Notes under the pieces: model-generated
Databases searched by the model: none
Told to the model about the DNA's origin: nothing
Seen by the model: only the letters and a program-made list of their open reading frames with translations
Shown: in pieces, positions 1-6,939 of the stretch
How the letters are laid out: every line of letters starts with the position of its first letter
Numbering within the stretch: the first letter of the stretch is position 1
Translations under genes and position numbers: made by a program
DNA from: Schaalia meyeri
GTDB taxonomy: Bacteria; Actinomycetota; Actinomycetes; Actinomycetales; Actinomycetaceae
Direction of reading: 5' to 3'
Assembly: GCF_900105015.1 (NCBI RefSeq)
Contig: NZ_FNLK01000005.1
Location: forward strand, 90,001-122,000
Length of the DNA stretch: 32,000 bases

Positions 1-2
1 AT

Positions 3-287
3 GCGCCGCGCAAGAACGAGGACGAGGTCGCAGAGGACTCGATCGAGGAACTGAAATCCCGTCGCAACGACGCCGGTTCCGCTGAGATCGAGGAAGATGA
101 AAACGAAGCGGCCGAGAATTTTGAGCTTCCCGGTGCTGACCTTTCAAAGGAAGAACTCACCGTTCATGTCGTTCCCCGTCAGGACGACGAGTTTACCTGC
201 TCGCAGTGCTTCCTCGTCCACCACGCTTCACAGCTCGACCACGTGGACGCCAATGGCGCCCCCGTGTGCACCGAGTGTGCGCTGTAA
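3..287 (+). CDS. DUF4193 family protein (5' end outside the window)
   Basis: Frame 3 is open from the window edge to TAA at 285-287. The C-terminus reads ...EELTVHVVPRQDDEFTCSQCFLVHHASQLDHVDANGAPVCTECAL. This acidic N-terminal part plus CxxC...CxxC tail is what I recognise as actinobacterial DUF4193. It is missing from the ORF track because no start codon lies in the window. Confidence 0.75.
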   Translation, partial: APRKNEDEVAEDSIEELKSRRNDAGSAEIEEDENEAAENFELPGADLSKEELTVHVVPRQDDEFTCSQCFLVHHASQLDHVDANGAPVCTECAL

Positions 288-296
288 GGCAGGACG

Positions 297-935
297 ATGT
301 TCGGACGCAAGAACAAGAAGAAGACAACGGAACGCGAGAACGAGCAGATCGAGGAACTGCCTCGCCTGAATGACGAGGATGCCGAGATTTGGAGCGAACC
401 CGGCCCCCGCAACTATGGGGACGTGGACACCTCCGAGGGCTACGTTGACATGGGAGCCATCCTGTTCCCTGCCGTACAGGGGATGCAGCTGCGCACCCAG
501 GTGGCCGACGATGGGACCACCGTCCTCCAGATCCTCGTCGTTCTGGGTAACTCCGGCATCCAGATGAGCGTCGCCGCCGCGCCGCGCTCGGGTGGCGTCT
601 GGGACGAGCTACGCGAAGAGATCCGCAAGGGCTTCGAGGAACAGAACGCAAAGGTCGCGGACATTCGCACGCGATACGGCGACGAACTGCTGGTCGACAT
701 GCCCATGCAGATGCCCGACGGGCGTTCCGCGACCTCGCGGATGCGTATCCTCGGACGCGAAGGCGACCGGTGGTTCGCGCGCATTGACATCCTTGGTCCC
801 GCTGCCGCCAACGCGGAGGCCGGCGTCGACATCGAGAAGGTTATCGACCGGATCGTCGTGCATCGCGATGACCATCCGCGCACGCGCCTTGAGCTGCTGC
901 CCGTTCACCTGCCCGCAGGCGCACAGGAAGTCTGA
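297..935 (+). CDS. DUF3710 domain-containing protein
   Basis: 212-aa ORF starting 9 nt after the DUF4193 stop. It has an MFGRKNKKK basic N-terminus followed by ...AAPRSGGVWDELREEI...DGRSATSRMRILGREGDRWFARIDILGP..., matching the conserved actinobacterial DUF3710 pattern (Rv2695-like position in the synteny). Confidence 0.75.
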   Translation: MFGRKNKKKTTERENEQIEELPRLNDEDAEIWSEPGPRNYGDVDTSEGYVDMGAILFPAVQGMQLRTQVADDGTTVLQILVVLGNSGIQMSVAAAPRSGGVWDELREEIRKGFEEQNAKVADIRTRYGDELLVDMPMQMPDGRSATSRMRILGREGDRWFARIDILGPAAANAEAGVDIEKVIDRIVVHRDDHPRTRLELLPVHLPAGAQEV

Positions 936-936
936 C

Positions 937-1317
937 ATGGCATCGTTATTTTCCCGGGTCAGCGCTGCGCTCGGCCTCGATAAAGATACGCGTTCCCTGG
1001 ACGCCGCACTGGACGAAGACTCGGCCCGCGCCGCCCGAGGCGTCACACCCATCCGGGACGTGACCGACAGGAGCCATGCGCTTGTATTCGGCACCCTCCT
1101 GGGCATGACCTATCCTCCGGAGGAAGGCAGCCAGCGCGTCCTCGTCGCAACGCTGTACGACGGCACCGACACCCTCGAGCTGCGCTGGCCCGGACGTTCC
1201 TCTATCCCGGGGCTGAGCGTCGGCCAACGCCTGGAGGTGGAGGGAACGGTCGGGCGGGTCGGCGAACGCCTGATCATCATCAATCCCCTGTACCGAGTGA
1301 TCGGTGGGGAGGGTTGA
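937..1317 (+). CDS. OB-fold nucleic-acid-binding domain protein
   Basis: This is the in-frame ATG at 937, 1 nt after the upstream TGA (933-935), within track ORF 592..1317. The 126-aa product MASLFSRV...TLYDGTDTLELRWPGRSSIPGLSVGQRLEVEGTVGRVGERLIIINPLYRVI is typical of the small OB-fold protein that follows DUF3710 in actinobacteria. The 592-936 extension overlaps the upstream gene and was rejected. Confidence 0.7.
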   Translation: MASLFSRVSAALGLDKDTRSLDAALDEDSARAARGVTPIRDVTDRSHALVFGTLLGMTYPPEEGSQRVLVATLYDGTDTLELRWPGRSSIPGLSVGQRLEVEGTVGRVGERLIIINPLYRVIGGEG

Positions 1318-1988
1318 TGCCCACCCCACGCTGGATGAGCCAGTCAACCGCGCAGGAATTCTCCTGGGCAGACGCGTTGGGCGGCACGCGTGGCGTTATT
1401 GAGACGACGGCGCCAGGACTCCTGTTCGTCATCGTCTACGTGGCCACCCATGCCATCCTCCCCACGCTGATCGCCGCATCCTCCGTCGCGCTGATCGCGT
1501 GCCTCACTCGGCTGGTCCAACGCCAGGGCGTCGGACAAGCGCTCTCCGGATTCTTCGGTGTCGCCATCGGCGTCCTCTTTGCGGCGGCGACCGGGCGTGG
1601 AGAAAACTACTTCGTGTGGGGCATCCTTACGAACGCCGTCATGTCCCTGGCTTTCGCCGTGTCGGTCCTCATCCGGCGCGGCATCGTTGGCTGCCTCTAC
1701 GCAACTCTGGCGGGTCTGCCGACGGGATGGCGCGGCGACCTCGCCCACGTCGAATTGCGGCGACGCTGCAACCTGCTCACCTGGATGTGGACGGGCCTCT
1801 TCGCGCTGCGCGTCGCGGTCCAGGCCCCGCTGTGGGCGGCCGGAGAAGTCGCCGCGCTCGGTATCGCGAAGCTTGCCCTTGGGCTCCCTCTCTTTGCGCT
1901 TGGCGCCTGGGCCACCTGGTGGGGCCTGCGCGGCTACGCTCCGGCTGCCTCCTCCTCGGAGTCCGGCTCGGCAGGCGCAACCGACTGA
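1317..1988 (+). CDS. DUF3159 domain-containing integral membrane protein
   Basis: ATG at 1317 shares one base with the upstream TGA (TGATG). The track start at 1314 is a TTG one codon upstream. The roughly 223-aa product has several hydrophobic helices, and its position between the OB-fold gene and trkA matches the DUF3159 (Rv2693c-like) synteny. Confidence 0.7.
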   Translation: MPTPRWMSQSTAQEFSWADALGGTRGVIETTAPGLLFVIVYVATHAILPTLIAASSVALIACLTRLVQRQGVGQALSGFFGVAIGVLFAAATGRGENYFVWGILTNAVMSLAFAVSVLIRRGIVGCLYATLAGLPTGWRGDLAHVELRRRCNLLTWMWTGLFALRVAVQAPLWAAGEVAALGIAKLALGLPLFALGAWATWWGLRGYAPAASSSESGSAGATD

Positions 1989-2635
1989 CGCAGTCGATTC
2001 AGCCCGTCGCGATCGGCGTCGGGCACCAGGAGCAGCAGCTCATCCGATTCCTCGAACACGTCGTCTGCGCTGGGGGTAATCGGTCGCCCATCGCGCAGCA
2101 ATGCGGCCAACACCGAGTTCGGGGGAAGCTCCAGGGAATGGACGCGCTTACCGACCACCGGCGAATCCTCCGGCAAGATCAGCGCGTGCATGGACACCGC
2201 GGCCGTGTTGAAGGAGAAGAGGCGCACCGGGATGCCGACGGACACCGCCTCCTCAACGAGCGAGGTCATGATGCGCGGCGTTGACACGGAGACATCCACG
2301 CCCCACGCCTGGTCAAAAAGCCACTCGTTCATCGGGTTATTCAGGCGCGCGACCACGCGGGGCACCGCGAACTCTGTCTTGGCCAACAGTGAGATGACCA
2401 GGTTCGCCTTATCGTCGCCCGTCGCCGCGACCATCACGTCGGCCTCGGCCACGCCCGCGTCGCGCAGGGCGTCGGGGGAACACGCATCCGCGAGCACCCA
2501 GTCAGCGTCGGCGATGGACGTGATCCGCAGCTCCGCGGGCGTGTGGTCAATCAGCGTGATGTCGTGGCCGTGAGCGAGCAGCTCCAAGGCAACGCTGCGC
2601 CCAACTGAACCGGCCCCAGCAATGACAATCTTCAT
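1934..2635 (-). CDS. trkA: TrkA/RCK family potassium-transport regulatory protein (second of two)
   Basis: MKIVIAGAGSVGRSVALELL is a Rossmann GxGxxG TrkA-N motif, and an RCK_C-like C-terminal half follows. I chose the ATG at 2635 because GGAGGGG lies 5-7 nt upstream. The track start at 2641 is a GTG overlapping the upstream stop. Confidence 0.85.
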   Translation of the reverse strand: MKIVIAGAGSVGRSVALELLAHGHDITLIDHTPAELRITSIADADWVLADACSPDALRDAGVAEADVMVAATGDDKANLVISLLAKTEFAVPRVVARLNNPMNEWLFDQAWGVDVSVSTPRIMTSLVEEAVSVGIPVRLFSFNTAAVSMHALILPEDSPVVGKRVHSLELPPNSVLAALLRDGRPITPSADDVFEESDELLLLVPDADRDGLNRLRQSVAPAEPDSEEEAAGA

Positions 2636-2637
2636 GC

Positions 2638-3303
2638 TCACCCCTCCATCTTTGGCGGAGCCGCCAGCTTATCGCGCAGCTGCGCCGTCTCAGTTCCATT
2701 GATCGCAAAGTACAGTTGGTCGTGCTCTTGGACAACCAAGTCAGGCGAGGCCGTGCGGATCGAACCCAGGCGCGACGTAAAGACGATCCGACTGCCCGTG
2801 AGCTCCTCGACGGTCGGGAAACCGAGGCCGTACCAGCCGGGGGAGGGGGTCGCATTCACCAGAGCCACCGCGCCGGTCGGATGCGACCACGTGAGCGAGG
2901 CATTCGGGGGAAGCATACGGCGCAGCACAGACTCCGCCGTGCGCTGCACCGACGCGACCGTGGGAATCCCCAGCCGCTCGTACAGGTACGCGCGCGTTGG
3001 GTCGTAGATTCGAGCCACCACGTGCTCGACGTGGAAAACCTCACGAGCGATGCGCGCGCCGATAATGTTCGAGTTATCACCCGAGGAAACGGCAGCGAAC
3101 GCGTAGGCGTCCTTGATATTCGCCTGTCGCAGGCATTCGCGGTCCATGCCCACGCCCGTTATGCGACGACCGGAAAAATCCGACGGCAGGCGCGCAAAGG
3201 CCTTAGAATCCTGGTCGATAACGGCCACGGAATGGCCCGCGGCGTCCAACGTTGATGCCAGGCGAGCGCCAACGCGCCCGCAACCCATGATCACAAAGTG
3301 CAC
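2638..3303 (-). CDS. trkA: TrkA/RCK family potassium-transport regulatory protein (first of two)
   Basis: GTG at 3303 gives VHFVIMGCGRVGARLAS..., the TrkA-N GxGxxG motif at the extreme N-terminus as in family members. The 221-aa product has an RCK_C-like second half. The longer track start at 3393 would run into the divergent gene's promoter region. Confidence 0.85.
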   Translation of the reverse strand: MHFVIMGCGRVGARLASTLDAAGHSVAVIDQDSKAFARLPSDFSGRRITGVGMDRECLRQANIKDAYAFAAVSSGDNSNIIGARIAREVFHVEHVVARIYDPTRAYLYERLGIPTVASVQRTAESVLRRMLPPNASLTWSHPTGAVALVNATPSPGWYGLGFPTVEELTGSRIVFTSRLGSIRTASPDLVVQEHDQLYFAINGTETAQLRDKLAAPPKMEG

Positions 3304-3394
3304 AGCTACCAAAGTACCCCGACCGGGGCTAAACGGCCACGCGAGGGCGCACGTTTCTCCCACACCCGCGCCAAGTGGACTACGCTTACACACC

Positions 3395-5458
3395 GTGAAG
3401 AACTTGTTGGCCTACGCGAAGCGTGTGCTTATCGGACGCCCGATGCGATCGGACGCGATGGGCCACCAGCTGCTCCCCAAACGTATCGCTCTGCCCATTT
3501 TCGCCTCGGATGCGCTGTCGTCGGTCGCGTACGCGCCCGACGAAGTCTTGCTGACGCTGGCATTGGCGGGGACCATGGCCGCCCTGCAGTCCGTGTGGGT
3601 CGGCGCCGTTGTCGCGCTGGTCCTGGCAATCGTCGTCGCCTCCTATCGTCAGACCGTCCACGCGTACCCCTCTGGCGGCGGCGACTACGAGGTCGTGACG
3701 ACGAATCTGGGCCGTTCCTGGGGCCTTCTCGTGGCCTCGGCTCTGCTGGTGGACTACATCCTGACGGTTGCCGTCTCAATCTCCTCCGGCGCGAACTACA
3801 TCACGACCGCCGTGCCCGCGCTGCTCGGCTACGAGGTCCCTATCGCTGTCGGTCTCGTCGTGGTCCTGGCGACCCTGAATCTGCGTGGGACACGCGAGGC
3901 CGGCGGCGCCTTCGCGATACCGACCTACGTGTACATGTTTGCTATCGGCCTCATGATCGTTGTTGGCTTCGCTAAGCTGGCCACGGGCCACCTGGGAGTC
4001 GCGCCCACGGCCGCCTACGATCTCGTCGTGGCCCCCGGTCACGCGGACGGCCTGGCAGGCCTCGCGGGAGTCTTCCTACTGATGCGTGCATTCTCGTCGG
4101 GGTGCGCGGCACTCACCGGCGTTGAGGCCATTTCAAACGGGGTCCCCATGTTCCGAAACCCCAAGTCCAAAAACGCGGCCACCACGCTGGCGATGCTGGG
4201 GCTGATCGCCGCGTCAATGATGATTTCGATCCTCGTGCTGGCCCGCGCGACGGGCGTCAAGATCGTTGACGACCCGGCCACGCAGCTGACCTACCAGGGC
4301 CAGGCCGTCTCGGAGAAAACCCCGATCGACCCCGCGATCTCCCAGATCGCCTCGGCCGTGTTCGGGCAGGGATCGGTGCTATTCATCCTCATCACCGTCG
4401 TCACCGGTTTCATCCTGGTCCTGGCCGGAAACACCGCCTTTAACGGCTTCCCGACTCTGGCCTCCGTCCTGTCGCGTGATTCCTTCCTGCCGCACCAGAT
4501 GGTGCGCCGGGGGGACAGGCTCTCGTATTCGAACGGCATCGTCGTCCTGACCCTCGCCTCGATTGCGCTGATTGTTGGCTTCCAGGCGGAGACCACGCGC
4601 CTGATTCAGCTCTACGTCGTCGGCGTGTTTATCTCATTCACGCTGTCGCAGCTGGGGATGATTCGTCACTGGAACAAGCAGCTACGCACCCGTCAGTCCG
4701 GCGATGAACGCATAGCGGTCCTGCGTTCCCGGGCTGTCAACATCATTGGTTTCATGATGACCGGCCTGGTTCTGGTGATCGTCCTGGCCACGAAGTTCAC
4801 GCACGGGGCGTGGATTACGCTGCTGATGATCGCCATCGCCTTCGGCCTCCAGATTTCGATTCACCACCACTACGAGACCGTTCGTTCTCAGCTGTGCGTG
4901 GAGGACTGGAATGCGCGCCGGGCGCTGCCGACACGCGTGCGAGCCCTCGTGCTGGTCTCATCCCTGTCGCGCCCGGCGATGCGAGCCATCGCCGCGGCCC
5001 GTGCCTCATCGCCGACGTCCATCGAACTGGTCTCCGTCGTCGCGGACGACGCGGAAGAAGAACGGATATTGCGCCAGTGGAAGGCGTCGGGCGTGCCCGT
5101 GCCGCTGACACTGCTGTCCGCACCCTATCGTGATATTTCCTCCGTGATCCTCCAATACGTGCGCTCTCGTCGGCGCTCGATGCCCACCGAGATGCTTGTC
5201 GTGTACATGCCGCAGTTCCTGGTGACCCACTGGTGGGAAAATCTCGTCCATAACCAGTCCGGCCTGCGCCTGCGCGCCTCCCTGCTCGACGTTCCCGGCG
5301 TGGTCATCACGGTCGTCCCGTGGCAGCTGGGCGAGGACGACGTCGTTGAAGGCCGCCAGCGGGTCAACGATCCTTTCCTGCGCGTGCCCGCCCCGGACTC
5401 ATCCCCCGAGCAGACGCCCGCGGCTGAGGCCAAGAACGACGCGCGAGAGACCTCGTGA
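3395..5458 (+). CDS. APC-superfamily permease, KimA-like (putative K+/H+ symporter) with about 200-aa cytoplasmic C-terminal domain
   Basis: Chosen start is GTG 3395 (VKNLLAYAKRVLIGRPMRSD...). The product has about 12 hydrophobic segments. Motifs include ASDALSSVAYAPDEV, YPSGGGDYEV, LLVDYILTVAVSISSG, MRAFSSGCAALTGVEAISNG, RGDRLSYSNGI, and C-terminally MPQFLVTHWWENLVHNQSG. I recognise these as shared with Bacillus subtilis KimA (YdaO) and Rv2690c-type proteins. The track extension 3113-3394 overlaps trkA on the other strand. Confidence 0.8.
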   Translation: MKNLLAYAKRVLIGRPMRSDAMGHQLLPKRIALPIFASDALSSVAYAPDEVLLTLALAGTMAALQSVWVGAVVALVLAIVVASYRQTVHAYPSGGGDYEVVTTNLGRSWGLLVASALLVDYILTVAVSISSGANYITTAVPALLGYEVPIAVGLVVVLATLNLRGTREAGGAFAIPTYVYMFAIGLMIVVGFAKLATGHLGVAPTAAYDLVVAPGHADGLAGLAGVFLLMRAFSSGCAALTGVEAISNGVPMFRNPKSKNAATTLAMLGLIAASMMISILVLARATGVKIVDDPATQLTYQGQAVSEKTPIDPAISQIASAVFGQGSVLFILITVVTGFILVLAGNTAFNGFPTLASVLSRDSFLPHQMVRRGDRLSYSNGIVVLTLASIALIVGFQAETTRLIQLYVVGVFISFTLSQLGMIRHWNKQLRTRQSGDERIAVLRSRAVNIIGFMMTGLVLVIVLATKFTHGAWITLLMIAIAFGLQISIHHHYETVRSQLCVEDWNARRALPTRVRALVLVSSLSRPAMRAIAAARASSPTSIELVSVVADDAEEERILRQWKASGVPVPLTLLSAPYRDISSVILQYVRSRRRSMPTEMLVVYMPQFLVTHWWENLVHNQSGLRLRASLLDVPGVVITVVPWQLGEDDVVEGRQRVNDPFLRVPAPDSSPEQTPAAEAKNDARETS

Positions 5459-6801
5459 GCCCCCGTGCACCCAGGCGTCCGTCCCGGCGCCGAAGCTCCA
5501 TCCGCGAAACAACCCGAGAGGGGATTGGGCGCCTCCTCCGTCTCACCGTCGGTGAACCGGTGCACGGTGGCGCCTGCGTCGCCCGGGACGATAGCGGGCG
5601 CGTCGTCTTCGTGCGTCACACCGCGCCGGGCGAGGTTGTGTCGGCGCGCGTGAGCGCCGTGCGTAGCAGGCTCGCATGGGCGGACGCCGTTGAGGTTCTC
5701 GAACCCTCGACTGACCGCGTCGACTCCGTGTGGCCTCAAGCGGGTCCTGGCGGCGTCGGAGGCGGTGAGCTGTCGCACCTGGCGCCCGCCGCCCAGCGGG
5801 ACTGGAAGCGGCGCGTTATCTCAGGGCAGCTGCGTCGCGTCGGAGGTCAGGCGCTGGCCGAGGCCGCGGGCGCGCTCGGTGGCGTGGAGGTTGCCCCTGC
5901 CTGGGGTGACGAGGAACCGTCGGACCCGCTGACCGGTCGCCGCTCGCGCATCGACGTCGTCATCGACGCAGGCGGTCGCGCGGGCATGCACGAGTACCGT
6001 GGCCGCCGTGTCATCGCCCTTGATCGCATGCCGCTGGCCGTCCCGCAGATTCGTGGCCTCGGGCTGTTCGACCAGGATTCGCCGTGGCGCTCCCTGTGGA
6101 AGCCCGGTGACCGCGTGCGCGCCGTCGCTCCCAGTGGCGGCCAGCCGGTCGTCCTGATCGGCGAGGACGCGTATGCGGCCGACGGCACGCGCATCGACGT
6201 GCCTCTCCTGTGCTGGGACGTGCCTATCGGGGGATACCCTCAGTCCTACGGCGTGCGCCCATCCGGTTTCTGGCAGACCCACGTGCGAGGCGCCGAGGTG
6301 CTCGCAAACGCGGTCCTTGCCGCCGCTTTCGGAGGCGACCAGGCCGGGGAGGGCAGCGCGGTCATGGAACTCTACTCGGGTGCAGGCCTGTTCACCGTCC
6401 CCCTGGCGCGTGCCGTCGGCGATGCCGGGCGCGTCGTGAGCCTGGAGGGCGACGAGGCCGCCGTACGCGATGCGGGCGAGAACGTGGCCGGCATGGAATG
6501 GGTTGACGTCTTCAGTGGAAGCGTGAACCGCCAGGGCATTGTCGATCTGTCGGGGCAGCTGGGAAGGGTACCGGACGTGCTCGTGGCGGATCCGCCACGA
6601 GCGGGTGCGGGGGCACAGGTGTGCCAGGCCATCGCAGCAACGGGTGCACCCCGCGTCGTCCTGGTGTCCTGCGATCCGGCGGCGGGCGCGCGTGACCTGC
6701 GCTCGCTCACCGACTCCGGGTACCGTCTGCTAAGCCTACGCGCGTGGGACCTGTTCCCGCACACGCACCACGTGGAAATGGTGGCGGTCCTGAGCCGATG
6801 A
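5455..6801 (+). CDS. Class I SAM-dependent RNA methyltransferase (TRAM domain, TrmA/RumA-like)
   Basis: GTG 5455 overlaps the permease TGA (GTGA). The N-terminal region ...GEPVHGGACVARDDSGRVVFVRHTAPGEVV is TRAM-like. The SAM-binding stretch is VMELYSGAGLFTVPLA, and the C-terminal region is LVSCDPAAGARDL...FPHTHHVEMV. This gene follows the permease as Rv2689c does in mycobacteria. The exact start is uncertain. Confidence 0.8.
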   Translation: MSPRAPRRPSRRRSSIRETTREGIGRLLRLTVGEPVHGGACVARDDSGRVVFVRHTAPGEVVSARVSAVRSRLAWADAVEVLEPSTDRVDSVWPQAGPGGVGGGELSHLAPAAQRDWKRRVISGQLRRVGGQALAEAAGALGGVEVAPAWGDEEPSDPLTGRRSRIDVVIDAGGRAGMHEYRGRRVIALDRMPLAVPQIRGLGLFDQDSPWRSLWKPGDRVRAVAPSGGQPVVLIGEDAYAADGTRIDVPLLCWDVPIGGYPQSYGVRPSGFWQTHVRGAEVLANAVLAAAFGGDQAGEGSAVMELYSGAGLFTVPLARAVGDAGRVVSLEGDEAAVRDAGENVAGMEWVDVFSGSVNRQGIVDLSGQLGRVPDVLVADPPRAGAGAQVCQAIAATGAPRVVLVSCDPAAGARDLRSLTDSGYRLLSLRAWDLFPHTHHVEMVAVLSR

Positions 6802-6939
6802 CCGTTGCCCGCGACGGTACACCGAAGACGACCGCCGCGAGCTGCGCTACGCTCGCATCGGTCGGATGCGTGCCGCACGCCGACGCGGCAGGACCGGCGT
6901 GGATCGCGGATACGGGCGCAGAGGGAAGGGAAAGGACAC

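Noticed and set aside
3113-3394. Long N-terminal extensions offered by the ORF track: 3113 for the permease, 3393 for trkA, 592 for the OB-fold gene, 10837 for dxs, 10928 for the S9 peptidase and 27895 for PrsW1.
   Set aside because: The extensions overlap neighbouring genes or promoter regions and have atypical composition. Shorter starts give N-termini that match family norms or carry proper Shine-Dalgarno or leaderless signals.
6802-6939. GC-rich inverted repeats (for example TGCCGC…GCGGCA around 6869-6890) between the convergent methyltransferase and ClC genes, as a possible structured RNA.
   Set aside because: The stems are short and imperfect, with no U-tract. They are most simply weak bidirectional termination signals, and no RNA family signature is recognisable.
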